From contig OX597837.1 of NCBI GenBank assembly GCA_951406725.2, forward strand, positions 7,316,001 to 7,380,000: DNA of 64,000 nt, written 5' to 3'. Under the pieces are notes generated by a model, which was not told where the DNA came from, did not search any database, and was given only the letters and a program-made list of their open reading frames with translations. The position numbers were made by a program, and so were the translations under genes. Below, one piece after another: positions 39,413-53,505 of the stretch. The DNA comes from Octopus vulgaris. Its lineage: Eukaryota. How positions within the stretch are numbered: the first letter of the stretch is position 1; each line of letters opens with the position of its first letter.

Positions 39413-41343
39413 GCTAGGGTAGCAAGCCAGCAGAATCGTTAGCACACCAGGAAAAATGCTTTAGTGACATTTTGACCATCCTCACTTTCTGAATTTAAAT
39501 TCCACAGAGGTCAACTTTGCCATGAACTAAGTAGCAGTTATGCACTGGGGTTAATGTATTCAAATATCCCTGCCCCTCACCACAAAAATATCCCTCATAT
39601 CACACTTTACCATCATTAAGAAAAATAAAGAATACAGCAAACATTGTTATCCTGGATATACAAAGCTGGTCAATGAAGGAGCATTGATGTAGTGGTTTGA
39701 CCTTCCAGAAACAGCAACAAAATCACCCTTAAATCAACAAATCAAGTGCTCATATTCTTAAATAAACCAGGAAAACATTCGACGATGGGACCCTTAAAAT
39801 AATGGTGGGATGTAAATTTGTGAAAAAGAAAAAAAAAAAATTTGGCAGCTATTTCTAGCAGGTTAAGTGACTGCACAAGAGCCTCCCATTGTTTCAACAA
39901 TGATGCTGATAATGAAGATGGTGGTTGTAGGTGGTGGTGGTGGTGGTGATGGTGGTGGTGGTGATGGTGGTGGTAAGAATGAAACAATAGATGATGATGA
40001 CGATGATGATGATGATGTTGATGATGATGATGATATTGACGATGATGATGGTGATGATGATGACGATGTTGATGATGATATTGATGATGATGGTGATGAT
40101 GATGTTGGTGACAATGGTGATGATGTTGATGATATTGATGATGGTGATGATGATGTTCTGCAGATAACGGATGTTCGCTCTTGACAGATATTACACATGG
40201 CAGACTCCTCGTCCACCTCGGTTGCACAAGAACGAGGGTTTTAGCGTGCGGCCTGAAGGAACGGTAATCAAACAGTGAACTGGAAGGCTCTGTGATCCGG
40301 AAATATCAGAAAAGCCAATAAAAGGAGATGGATGGCCGCTATTTCGTTCCGTTCCGTTCCGTTCCATTCGACATCTTTGAACAATGATTGGAAACAGAAA
40401 TATTGGCAACACACACACACACACACACACACACATGCCTCTTTGACATCTCATACAAAGAGCCTTTCTTTTCTTCTTCTTCTTCTTCTTCCTTGTCATC
40501 CTCATTAATATCATCACTATTGTTACCTTCAGCATCATCATCATCATAAACATTATCATCACCACAACTGTCATCTTCAATATCATCATCATCATCATCA
40601 CCATTAACATCGTCACTATTGAAATCATCAACGTCATCAGCATCATCACCACCACCACCACGATTATCATTATCACCATTATCATTATCATCGCCACCAC
40701 CACCATCATCACAATCATTATCATCACCAACTCTACAACCATCATCATCATCACTGCCACAATCACCGCCACCACCATCATCATCATCATCAGTATAACT
40801 ATCATCATCACCACCATAATCATCTTCGCTACCATCATCATCATCATCATCATCATCACTGTTGTCATAATCACCACAACCACCACCACCATAATCATCA
40901 TCGTCATCATCACCACCATTGTTGCCCATATTCCTCATTATCTTGTTCGTCACTGTCATCACCAAAGACATTAGCCTGTAACTGTCTTATAAAAGCAAGA
41001 AGCCAACTAATTAGTGACAAACAGACAGACACATATGCACACACATATGCACACACATGCACGCACTCGCCCAAATGCTTAGGCCAATAACAGACTATCT
41101 ACAGCTGCTTGCCCTGCTAAAAATAGCAGCCAAATGACACAGAAATGGATGATAGAAGAAACTGGATACAAACACACACACACAATCACACATACAAGAA
41201 CTCCTGCCGACAAAAGCCACCAACAGCTGCTCAACTTGCTAGAAACAGATGTCAAATGAATCTCACATATTTCATTCAGGCCTTTAAAAAAAGGGGGCAG
41301 TAAGGAAAAGGCACATTGTATAATGTATTCCTAGATATACTAT

Positions 41344-41741
41344 ACTCTTTTACTCTTTACTTGTCTGAGTCATTTGACTGCGGCCATGCTGGAGCACCGC
41401 CTTTAGTCGAGCAAATCGACCCCGGGACTTATTCTTTGTAAGCCCAGTACTTATTCTATCAGTCTCTTTTGCCGAACCGCTAAGTGACGGGGATGTAAAC
41501 ACACCAGCATCGGTTGTCAAGCAATGCTAGGGGGACAAACACAAACACACACACACACATATATATATACATATATACGACGGGCTTCTTTCAGTTTCCG
41601 TCTAACAAATCCACTCACAAGGCCTTGGTCGGCCCGGGGCTATAGCAGAAGACACTTGCCCAAGGTGCCACACAGTGGGACTGAACCCAGAACCATGTGG
41701 TTGGTTAGCAAGCTACTTACCACACAGCCACTCCTGCGCCT
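41344..41741 (-). mobile_element. SINE family B, full length
   Basis: Near-identical to 24100-24522. Confidence 0.85.
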
Positions 41742-41857
41742 AAACTATGTTTGAAAGTTAAAAAAATATAAATGCTTGACTTGCTAGAAATAGTAGTTAA
41801 ATGAATTGTACTCTGATTTCATTGTAGTTCTTTAAACTGGCACAGTTCTGGTTATGA

Positions 41858-42164
41858 TGGTGAGGGTCCCAGCTGATATGATCAATAGAACAGCTTGCTC
41901 GTGAAATTAACATGCACGTGGCTGAGTACTCCACAGACACATGTATCCATAATGTAGTTCTCAGAGAGATCCGGCATGACATGGAATGTGATAAGGTCGG
42001 CCCTTTTAAATTACAGGTACTACTCATTTTTGCCAGCTGAGTGGACTGGAGCAATAAAATGAAATAAAGTGTCTTGCTCAAGGATATACTGCGTCACCGG
42101 GAATTGATCTCATGACCTTACGATCATGAGTCAAATGTCCTAACCACTAGGCCACGTGCGTTCA
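41858..42164 (-). mobile_element. SINE family D
   Basis: Colinear with 20445-20768. Related heads at about 17020-17150, 46690-46810 and 54715-54820. Confidence 0.8.
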
Positions 42165-42747
42165 TGAAGTTCTTTAACGAACAAGGGAAAATTGCACATT
42201 GCAAAATGTAATCCTAGATAGGTTTATGTCTGAAACTAAATAAAAATAAGACAGGATGGGCATAGATGGAAGACTTTTGATTACAGGTCTGATAGATAAG
42301 GTGTGTACATGTGTGCATGCATGTGCGTGTGTATGGAGGTGCATGTGTGTGTGCATGTACATGTGCACCCGTGTGCATGTGTATGTGAATGTTTGGTACG
42401 TGCATGTAGGTAAGATATGCGTATACGTGTGTAAGTGTAAAGGCATGTGCATTTGTCGCGTGTGCCATGCTGCATAGTGCCATTCAACTGGTGGTGCACA
42501 CATGCAGAAGCATTGTCCAGTGTGTGCATGTCTGTGCAGTTGAGCGTGGAAGAAAGAATTGGTAAGTGGGGAAGTCGGGAATCGGACTGAACGGGGAAGG
42601 GACAGAAGTTTGGTAAACATCCACGAAATATATTGCTTTCGACCCCATCAGCCCCTTCTTTTTGTCACACATACACCCAAACACATATATATATTATACA
42701 TACACACACATGTATATATATATACATACATACATCTAAATATGTGC

Positions 42748-42786
<39 letters not shown>

Positions 42787-43195
42787 TACATACAAACACA
42801 GCAAATGTGTGCGTGCATATATATATATATATACATATATATATACATATGCACACAAACATCTATATTAATTTATGTATATACATGTATTCATATATAT
42901 ATATACATGCATATATGTATGTATATATGTATTAATACATATGTATATACATACACATATGCATATATTCATCATATACACGGACACACACATACAGTAC
43001 ATGAATGTGTATATATATATATATATATATGACATATATATATATACACACACATATTCATGTGCTATATGTGTGTGTGTGTATATATATATATATATGA
43101 CAATATACAAGTCTAGGTGTGTGCATGTGTGTACACACATACACCTCTCTCTCTCTCTCCTCCTCTCTCGCATATCATCATCATTGTCCTGTTAC

Positions 43196-43219
43196 TTTAA
43201 TGGCAGATAAATCCAGCAC
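43196..43219 (-). CDS. Candidate 24-nt in-frame microexon (VLDLSAIK)
   Basis: CTAAT branch-like motif, GGTCCTGTCAG acceptor, AAA|GTAACA donor. Phase 0-0, about 290 nt downstream of the 89-nt exon. Confidence 0.35.
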
Positions 43220-43405
43220 CTGACAGGACCAGCACAACACATCAGAATCGGTCGAGTATGAAGAATGCACATTAGAAGATGGCGCTTCTTGTGACGTGAG
43301 TAAATGGAAAGGAGGGGCGGTACGGTAAAAGCTTGCTTCACCACCGACCTCTCTACCATCTCACTCTCACTTTTTCTGTGAGCGATGTATATATATATAT
43401 GTGTG

Positions 43406-43441
<36 letters not shown>

Positions 43442-43511
43442 AATACACACAAACACTCATATATACTAACACGTGTGTGTCTATATATATGTATGTGTGC
43501 ATATATCTCAC

Positions 43512-43600
43512 TTTCTGATGGATATTGCCGTTCTCTGCGAGAGACTGCACAGGCGAGGAATCTGTCAAACCAGCTGGGACATTGATGGCGTTTGTCACTT
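43512..43600 (-). CDS. RBFOX1: Probable N-terminal RBFOX coding exon, 89 nt ((E)VTNAINVPAGLTDSSPVQSLAENGNIHQK)
   Basis: Non-repetitive island. Acceptor TTTTATTCCCATATTTAG, donor AAA|GTGAGA. Phase 1 to 0, compatible with the phase-0 RRM exon, with protein-like composition. Homology not verifiable by eye. Confidence 0.6.
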
Positions 43601-43767
43601 CTAAATATGGGAATAAAACAACGAACAGACAGACATGATATAAAGTATATATAAAAACATAATAAAAAGAAATGAAACAAAACAAGAAAGAAAGAAAGAA
43701 GAAAATAAACGAAAGGGAAAAAACAAACAAAGTTCTAATGAATGTGATGTATGTTTGTGGCTATATT

Positions 43768-43834
<67 letters not shown>

Positions 43835-44081
43835 ATCCACATGCTTGTGTGTGTGTGTGTGTGTGCGTATTTATGTAGCTATCTATAGCTAATTGTACGT
43901 TTTACTTTTTGCAGTCATTGGACAGCAGCCATGCAGAGGTATCGTCTTCAAGGGTTTTTCGTCAGACACATTGACCCCTAGAACTTATCATTGTAAATCT
44001 GGTCAGTTCGCATTCTTAACAGCTTCTTTTGTTGGTCGTAAAACAAAAAAAAAAAAAATGTCACCAGTTGTCAAGCAACAA

Positions 44082-44392
44082 TAGCTAGTGGATTACCCCT
44101 CGTTAGAGACAGACAGACAGACAGATAGATAGAAGTAAAGGTAAGATCCAGGGATCAAGGTGTAGGAAGATAGTAAGCTTCAAGCAGTCCATAAATGGTA
44201 TAAAAATAAACAACTTTGAGAAACAAAGGTGGTTTATTGATTTAGAAGGTTGTAATTTTTTTCCTGTATCAGAGTTCAATAAGCTGAAAAATTTAGGGAA
44301 TGGAGCAGGTAAAATCCAGGCTACATTATGTTTCATAGCTAGCAGAACCTCAGAAGTAGTATTTATCCAAACTAGGGGTAATCCGCTAGCTA
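44082..44392. mobile_element. MITE-like element with ~19-bp terminal inverted repeats
   Basis: tagctagtggattacccct ... aggggtaatccgctagcta. Confidence 0.6.
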
Positions 44393-44934
44393 CTTATCGG
44401 GCCTAAGATACCCTAAAAACCCTAATCAAATGAAGTTAACATTTGTCGTCAATGGATCCCATGTTCACCCACAGAAGAATCAATATATATATATTTTCTT
44501 CTTTCCTGAGCGTCCAATAATACTATATTTATATTTGTTCCACGTCCTCACGTTGTTGTGTTTTTTTGTGCTTTCTTGTTTGGATTAATTTATACATATA
44601 TATATATATATATGAATTTAAATGAGAGTGAGAAATTGGATATTAATTTAATTAACATCAATTTAACACCAATGGCCTAGAATATAAAAACACTGAAGGT
44701 TCAGTAAATTGTATTACATACATATGAGATGGATGACCACTAATACAATTAACTGAACCTTCAAATATATATATAGATATATTTCTTTACTACCCACAAG
44801 GGGCTAAACAGAGAGGGGCCAAACAAGGACAGACAAAGGGATTAAGTTGATTACACCAACCCCAGTGCGTAACTGGTGGTACTTAATTTATCGACCCCGA
44901 AAGGATGAAAGGCAAAGTCGACCTCGGAGGGTTG

Positions 44935-44976
<42 letters not shown>

Positions 44977-45319
44977 GGAACAAAACACAATAGAGGGCAT
45001 TAAAGCATTCCGACAGATGGACGACACAAAGGCAGACAAGGGAAACAACAATTAGGAGAGGCAAAAAAGAAGGGTCATTCTTGGCTTTCTTTCTTCAGTC
45101 AAGTACCAGAAGTCACGACCATTTCGGACAGTTACACTTGAGATGGCTTGATCTGGTTGTCCCCCAAAAAGTCTAAGCTAAGAGCATTAGACCCCTTTGT
45201 ATGTATGTATGCATGTGTGTGTGTATGTGTATATAAATATATAGATATGGTAAATGATGACATGATCAGAAGTGGGGGGTGGGGAGGCACCAGTGTAAAT
45301 AAAGGGAGTTAAGCATTAC

Positions 45320-45346
45320 CTCAACCAGCAGCACGGACGCGATGTA
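45320..45346 (-). other. Candidate 27-nt cassette exon (TACATCGCGTCCGTGCTGCTGGTTGAG)
   Basis: CTAAC branch point, TTTCTTTCTCT tract, CATAG acceptor, GAG|GTAATG donor. Confidence 0.35.
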
Positions 45347-45534
45347 CTATGGTGACCAGAGAAAGAAACACGATTTGTTGTTAGGTCAGCCTGCCATCAC
45401 CAACCATCTACCACCCTGCCCCCTAGCTGACTCAGATATCTAGGTTATCAAAGGGGAGTTAAGCGGGGATAGGCAAGCCAAAACAGTCTGGTGGGGTAAC
45501 TTATGCCTTCCTCACTCCGATTAGTCTCTTTCTT

Positions 45535-45565
<31 letters not shown>

Positions 45566-47190
45566 TACACACACACACAAGGAACTTTATGCAAATATAT
45601 CAAATAAATAAATAATGTTTGTAAAAAAAAATACTAAAATGCAGGGGGGGGGAGGAATTATCTACAGCTTTGAGCAGCAGTCAGGCAGCTAAGAGATTTG
45701 TAGTAGTAGTAGTAGTAGTAATTATTATTATTATTTAAGGCTACTGAGGTAAGGGTGGAGAGAAAGGAGTGGTGGAGTGCAGGGTGCAGAAGGAAAAAAA
45801 GGAAAAAAAAAGACCCCTCCAAACAATGATAATTGATTTGTGTTGACAGAAATCAGAGAGGATCAGTCAATCACTGTTAGGAACTCTTTGGCATTGCTGT
45901 GGTTATTCTTGTTGTTGCTGTTGTAGTCTTTAAGTAGGCCTTGCAGAATATGAACAGCAAGCTTACTGTAACAGAGCTAAAAACACAAACAAAAACTATT
46001 CATCATTTTAATCATCATCATCACCATCGTCGTCATCATCTTTATCCTCATTATTATTATCATGATCATCATCGTTATCATTATCACCAACATCCTCATC
46101 ATAGTTATCATCATCATCCTCATCATAGGTATCCTCCTCATCATCATCATCATCCTCTTCATCATTGTCATCATCACCTTTATTGTCATCGTCATCAAAA
46201 CCATCGCTTGACAACTGATGGTGTATTTACGTCCCCATAACTTAGCAGCTCGGCAAAAAGAAACTGATAGAATAAGTACTAGGCTTACAAAGAACAAGTC
46301 CTGGGGTCGATTTGCTCGACTAAAGGGTGTGCTCCAGCATAGCCAAAGTCAAATGACTGAAACAAGTAAAAGAATAAAAGAATGCCACTCACTTGTCCTA
46401 ATTATTCCTGGCAAATTGTTTTGACAAACAATTTTCAGCCAATGGAAGGAGCCACTATGAGGTGACATAATCTGCTAGAAACAGCAGTCAAATATACTGT
46501 CTAAAACAAGCAAGCAAACAGAAGGAAATGGTGAGATATTGGCAAAAATAGATGTGGCCATGGCTGGAATGCCTTTGATCATAAGACTGACTTGGGGCTA
46601 ATCAACATTAATAACACATAACGGAAAGAGCCATGGATAGCTCCATGCCAGGAATATCAGGAAATGAGGTAACAAGTGGGGGTGAAGGGCTTAGTGGTTA
46701 GGGGGTGTTGGAGTCGTGATTGTAAGATTGCGGTTTCGATTCCTGGACCGGGTGATGTGTTGTGTTCTTGAGCAAGACACTTCACTTCACATTGCTCCAG
46801 CCCACTCAACAGGCAAAAGGCATCCTATCCAGAAAACCGGCCCTTATGAGTCGGTGTGACTCCAGAAGATAAATTTGCCCTTTTTTTTTTTTTTTCAAAA
46901 ACCTAAATGAGGGAATCCAATCAAAGCAAAAGTTCCACTGGGCTGGAAACGTTGAAAAGGTTCACAGACAACAAGTGGACCTGTGCAGCTGCTGAATGGG
47001 ATCCAAAACGCTGGAAAAGGTTACTGGGACGGTCTCTACAACGATGGAAAGATGATTTAGCTTAAGTGATTTGGGCCCACATGAAAAAGAAGTACACAAC
47101 GGAGAAAGAATAGGAAGCGCACTGTGACTGGCGGTGTGTAACATCCAATAGTCTGGTTGATTACTGGTGATACAATGAATATAATTATAC

Positions 47191-47604
47191 GTATTTCTTT
47201 ACTACCCACAAGAGGCTAAACACAGAGGGGACAAACAAGGACAGACAAACAGATTAAGTCGATTATATCGACCCCAGTGCGTAACTGGTACTTATTTAAT
47301 CGACCCCGAAATGATGAAAGACAAAGTCAACCTCGGCGGAATTTGAACTCAGAACGTAGTGGCAGACGAAATACCTATTTCTTTACTACCCACAAGGGGC
47401 TAAACATAGAGGGGACAAACAAGGACAGACAAACAGATTAAGTCAATTATATCGACCCCAGTGCGTAACTGGTACTTATTTAATCGACCCCGAAAGGATG
47501 AAAGGCAAAGTCGACCTCGGCGGAATTTGAACTCAGAACGTAGCGGCAGACGAAATACTGCTAAGCATTTCGCGCAGCGTGCTAACGATTCTGCCAGCTT
47601 GCCG
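47191..47604 (-). mobile_element. SINE family C with the same tandem 3' duplication
   Basis: Reverse complement of 24952-25362. Confidence 0.8.
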
Positions 47605-48592
47605 CAGTATACAATTATACCATGGAGGAATTATCTAAGAACACACACAAGCTATTTGCTTTTGATTTCCAACTAATCCAGTGGTTCTTGGGGATCCATA
47701 AAGCCCTTTGGGGGGGTCCACATAAAATTTTGTTGTGAAAATTTCTGCGCAATAAATTGGTTATATGTTCAACAAAGCATAAAATATTTTAACAACTTCT
47801 TTTTGTACAATTCCAAATAGTATTGTAGTCGTGACAAATACTGGTGTCACACAACTGGCACTTGTGGGCCGGTGGCACATCAAAGACACACATTACACTC
47901 TCAGAGTGGTTGGTGTTAGGAAGGGCATCCAGCTGTAGAAACTATGCTAAATCAGACTGGAGTCTCGTGCAGCCCCTCATCATACCAGTCCTTGTCAAAC
48001 CGTCCAACCCATGCCAACATGGACAACGGACATTAAATGATGATGATGATGATGATTATAAAAGGAATTTTTTAAAACAGTGAATGGATATGAGGGTCTA
48101 GTAGAGTGAAATAAGAGTCGAAGAGGTCTATGGGTAAAAAGAATGTTTGAGAAACATTGGTGTAATCCTTTGCGGTACTGTCTATTATGAAGTGGTAAAA
48201 AGTTTCATCGCTCCTCTGCAACGCAACTTCATGGTATCTAGAAGTGGGACTGCATTAGAGATCAGATTGCAGAAGTGAGATAAATGAAGGAAGAAGTGGG
48301 GTGGAACACTGGAGGTGTTGGTAATAATGGAGAGGGAGAGAATGAGAGAAAGAGAGAGGGACGGATCTGTGATGATGCCTGAGACATCAATGGTGTTGGT
48401 GATGGGGGTTGAGGAGGGAGAGAGAGAGAGAGAGAGGAAAAGATGAGTGGTAGTTGTGGTAGGAGAGATGGGAAAAAACCTTGGTGGTGGTGGTGGTGGT
48501 ATTGCAGAGAGACAGAGAAAGGGAAATCAGTAGTGGTGATGGTATTAGTAGTGGTGGTGGTGGTGGTGATGGTGGTAGTGGTGGTGGTATAC

Positions 48593-48617
48593 CAGCCAGA
48601 ACTACTACATTAAACAT
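48593..48617 (-). CDS. Candidate start-codon exon (MFNVVVLA + G, phase 1)
   Basis: Long T tract and TTTCTGACAG acceptor, then C-ATG...CTG|GTATAC (weak donor). The phase-1 end joins the 89-nt exon to make GAA. Confidence 0.3.
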
Positions 48618-49604
48618 GCTGTCAGAAACAATGACAGTTGTACATTTTGATTAAGTAGAACCAGAAATGAAAAAAAAGAAAAAAAAGACAAAGTTTACCT
48701 CTCACACTATCCAGCACCACCACCACCACCACACACACAGCTTTTAAAGAACGTGGTGGGGAGAGGGGTAACAACAATGGTAGCCAACTGTGGGGGCAGG
48801 GTGGGGGTAGACAGGTTCCATCATCACCATTATCACCAAAGAGAAAGAGAGGGATATTGAGAGAGAGAGAGACAGAGACAGAGAGAGGGGGAGACACAGA
48901 GAGAGAAAGGGAGGGAGACAAAGAGAGAGAGGTGACTATGTGGGAGGAAGGAGAGCAAAAAACAAAAACAAAAAAACAAAACAAACATTAAAAAGGGAAA
49001 AGAAACACTAATACTTTGCTAATGACACTATAATTCAAGACTTAATTAATTGTACCAGTAATTATCTAGTGTAGCTTGTACCCAAAGGTATTGTTGTTGA
49101 TCACACCTTTTCTCTAATCAAAAAAAATAAATAAATAAATAAAAAGATATGTGGCTATGTGGCAAGAAGTTTGCTTCTCAACCAGTTGGTTCCGGGGTTC
49201 AATCTCAATGCAAGACACATCTTGGATAAATGTTCGGCTTTTGAAGAGCCAAAGGTGAAACAAAATATATTTTGTTGGACTAAGGATAATGGATTGGAAA
49301 CTTTTACACAGATATATAAATATACACACACAAATATCAAGATGTATGTATGTATGTATAAACGCATATACACAAGCAATAAAGTGTATATGTGTACACA
49401 TACACACACACAGAGAAAGACACATATATATATATGAATCTGTACAACATGAAAAATGTTGAAGTGCAAAACATCAAGGAAATGAAAACATCAATAGGGA
49501 TTTGAGGTTTCCTTAGTCATATATATATATACATATATATATATACATACATATATACATATACATACATATATATATATATATATATACATACACATAC
49601 ATAC

Positions 49605-49656
<52 letters not shown>

Positions 49657-49808
49657 CATATACAAATATACATACGTATAAATACATATATATATATACA
49701 CACACACATATACAAATATACATACGTATAAATACATATATATATATATACACACACATATACAAATATACATACGTATAAATACATATATATATATATA
49801 CACACACA

Positions 49809-49890
<82 letters not shown>

Positions 49891-49912
49891 TATATATACA
49901 CACATACATATA

Positions 49913-49984
<72 letters not shown>

Positions 49985-50147
49985 AAAAAACACACACACA
50001 ACACACATATATACACACATAAATTACAAGGGTTGAGAATTGAAAGAGGGATGGCGGTGAGGAGGAAGAGGTGTACTACAGTGATGGTTGTCTGGAAGTG
50101 ACAGGGGACAAGAGGTAACAGAGAGAGAGAGAGAGAGAAAGAGAGAA

Positions 50148-50186
<39 letters not shown>

Positions 50187-50509
50187 TTAAGGGTTGATCC
50201 TCAGAGCTGTTTACAGACTGACAAATTGACCACTTCCAACTGTCTCAGCATCGTTTAGCTGAGAATCCGATTACAGAAATCAATTAATTAGAAATAAACA
50301 AATTATTTTTAAAAGAAAAACAAACGGGAAACAAAACACGAGAGAAGCAACTGTATTTAAAAGGGCTTCAATCAAGAACCAGAGAGGGCACTCCCCTGTG
50401 CCTTGGTGATGACAGAGTAATCCAGGATTCTGCATCAGATTTAACCCGGATTACCCTAAGTGAACTGCCCTCCCTATTAGGGATTCGAATTATTTATTTA
50501 CTCTGATTA

Positions 50510-50703
50510 CTCTTTGTCTTGTTTCAGTCATTTGACTACGGCCATGCTTGAGCACCGCCTTTTAGATGAACAAATCGACCCCAGGACTTATTCTTTGTTT
50601 TGTAAGCCCAGTACTTATTCTATCGGTCTGTTTTGCTGAACCGCTAAGTTACGGGGATGCAAACAAACCAGAAGCGATATTAGGGGGATAAACAGATGCA
50701 CAA

Positions 50704-50755
<52 letters not shown>

Positions 50756-50919
50756 GATGGGCTCCTTTCAGTTTCCGTCTACCAAATCCACTCACAATGC
50801 TTTGCTCAGCCGGAGGCTATAATAAAAGACACTTGCTCAAGGTGCCATGCAGTGGGACTGAACCCGGAACCATGTGGTTTGTAAGCAAGCTACTTACCAC
50901 ACAGCCACTCCTGTGCCTA
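50510..50919 (-). mobile_element. SINE family B
   Basis: Colinear with other family B copies. Confidence 0.8.
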
Positions 50920-51664
50920 TTCATTTATTATTTGTTTCTCTAATTTTAACTATAATATCCTCTCATGGTACCAGGGGCTAATTGTCTTCTATAACTATCA
51001 TGGCACTTTGGGTAACTGTCTTCTATCACAGCCTCAGGCTGACCAAAGCCTTGTGAGTGATTCTGGATTGTGTCCAGGGTGGCTGTGGCAACAGTGGTGG
51101 TGGTGGTGGTAGTGGTAGTAATAGTGGTCACTGTCATCACGGTGGTGGTGGTAGGAATGGTTGTAGAGGGGGTGGGTTGGCAGGTGACACATTTAGCAAA
51201 CATCAGAGACCATATGTCACCCCTTTTGTCCTGATTGTCCATCCAGCCTTGTGGGTAGGTAGATAGGAAGGTGGGCAGGCAGGCAGGCTGGGAGGTAGTT
51301 TAGGTACCCTTAAATACTTACAGCCATCTGCTGTCACCTCAGAACATTTTGGGGTGGATGTTGTAAAGCACTACAAAAAACACCAACTTACTAATTTCCC
51401 TCACAGTCCAAAAAGGGTGCTTACTGACTGCTTCCTTTATCCTCTTCCACCCAATCCCCACCCGGCCACCACCCAGCCAACACCACCCCACTGTCACACC
51501 TCAGTTGGAGGCCCTAATGTCAAAACAATAGTAAACAGGGTGGAATCAGGGTGGATAAGGAGTGCAGAATGGGGAGTTGCTTGACTCATTCACTAGGGTG
51601 GTTTGATGAATGAATAGATGGATGGATGTACAATTGTGTGTGTGTGTGTGTGTGAGTGTGTGAG

Positions 51665-51712
<48 letters not shown>

Positions 51713-52141
51713 CATGTGTGTGTAGGGGGGGTGCAGCGATGAATTTATCGTTCAGACCACATGGTTTAAGGTTCTGTCCACATAGCATTGACACCTTGGG
51801 CAAGTATCTTCTACAGCCCTGGGCCAACCAAAACCACGTGAGGGAAAATTTGGTTGACAGATACTACAGAAGCTCAATGCGATTGTGTGTACGTACACAT
51901 GTATATGCATGTGCATATGTACATATATAATGTGTGTGTATGTGAACATGTTTGTGAGTGTGTGCAAAAGTCTAACTTTTGTGCTTCTGTTTATCTCAAG
52001 TGATAACTGGTGATGGTTTGTTTATGTCCTTGCAACTTAGGGTAGGTACAATACCCAAACTTAATATTGGGGCCACGTTGACCCAGTAAAAATAAGAAAA
52101 AGTCCTTCAAGTAATTAGGCTGTGACCACTTAATTAATCCA

Positions 52142-52330
52142 ATAGGCGCAATGTGGCTGTGTGGTAAGTAGCTTGCTTACCAACCACATGGTTCCAGGTT
52201 CAGTCCCACTGCATGGCACCTTGGGCAAGTGTTTTCTACTCTAGCCCCAGGCCAAACAAATCCTTGTGAGCAAATTGGTAAGATGGAAACTGAAAGAAGA
52301 CCTTCATGTATGTATGTATGTGTGTGTGTG

Positions 52331-52361
<31 letters not shown>

Positions 52362-52545
52362 CCCAGCACTGCTTGGCAACCAGAGTTGGTTTGTTCACAT
52401 CCCTATAACTTAACAGTTCAGCAAAAGATTAAGTACTAGATTTACAAAAACAACAAATAAATACTGGGATCAAATCATTAGACTAAAAACTCTTCATGGC
52501 AGTGCCCCAGCATGGGCCACAACCTAATGACCAAAACAAGAATAA
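52142..52545 (+). mobile_element. SINE family B, opposite orientation
   Basis: Starts ataggcgcaatgtggctgtgtggtaagtagcttgc; reverse complement of the minus-strand copies. Confidence 0.8.
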
Positions 52546-52630
52546 ATTTTTTTTTTTAAATGAAATCAGGGAATTTTAATTTTGTGTCTGTACATGTGCT
52601 TATGGGGGGGAGGGTATGGCTGAATAGATA

Positions 52631-52665
<35 letters not shown>

Positions 52666-53280
52666 AAGAGACTGAAAGAGGGAGAGAATTAGTGAGAGAG
52701 AGAGAGACAGACAGACTTCAGAGTGTGTACAAACAATGGGTTCAGTGTGGAGAACAGATGGACAGAGGGAGGGAGTGAGAACAACATACTGACTCAGACA
52801 GAGCAGAGAGAGAACAGAGGGAGGAAGTCACCAGATTGGACTGACTCAAATCCCAGAGACAGGTGTGAAGGAACCAAAGATGAATGAAGCTGAAACCATA
52901 AACACAGACACACAGACAGACAGACAGGGGGTTTCTTTATTAACCAGAAGGGTTTGCATTAAGGAAAACGTTATATGGAGAGTACAGGACGAAACAAAGA
53001 ATGTGTGTGAGTGTGTGTGTGTGTTGACAAAGGATCTTATGCATAGCCAAGGACAGGCTAGAAATAGCAGCTGAATCACCCATGAATCACACTCTATTGT
53101 GTCAAACAGAAGCAGATGAATAGCTGGGATTATGTAGTCATGCACACGTGTGTGTGTGTGTGTATGTGTGTTTTAATGAGGAGTTGTCAAGCATGGACAA
53201 TGCTCTTAATCAAAATCAAAGGTTTGTGTGTTCCCTCATGGGCTGACCCAGGCCTGTGTGTGTGTATATATATATATATA

Positions 53281-53505
53281 TATTTCTTTACTGCCCAGAA
53301 GGGGCTAAACACAGAGGGGACAAACAAGGACAGACAAAGGGATTGAGTCGATTATATCGACCCCAGTGCGAAACTGGTACTTTATTTATCGACCCAGAAA
53401 GGATGAAAGGCAAAGTTGACCTCGGTGGAATTTGAACTCAGAACGTAATGACAGACGAAATACCTCTGAGCATTTCGCCCGGCGCGCTAACGTGTCTGCC
53501 AGCTC
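53281..53505 (-). mobile_element. SINE family C, monomer
   Basis: Colinear. Further fragments at about 2930-3530, 37921-38055, 38548-38830, 39425-39560, 44779-44929 and 54583-54666. Confidence 0.8.

Noticed and set aside
44694-44763. 70-nt hairpin (another at about 8890-8951) that looks like a pre-miRNA
   Set aside because: AT-rich, embedded in TA-flanked repeat remnants, with no recognisable miRNA; probably a foldback transposon relic.
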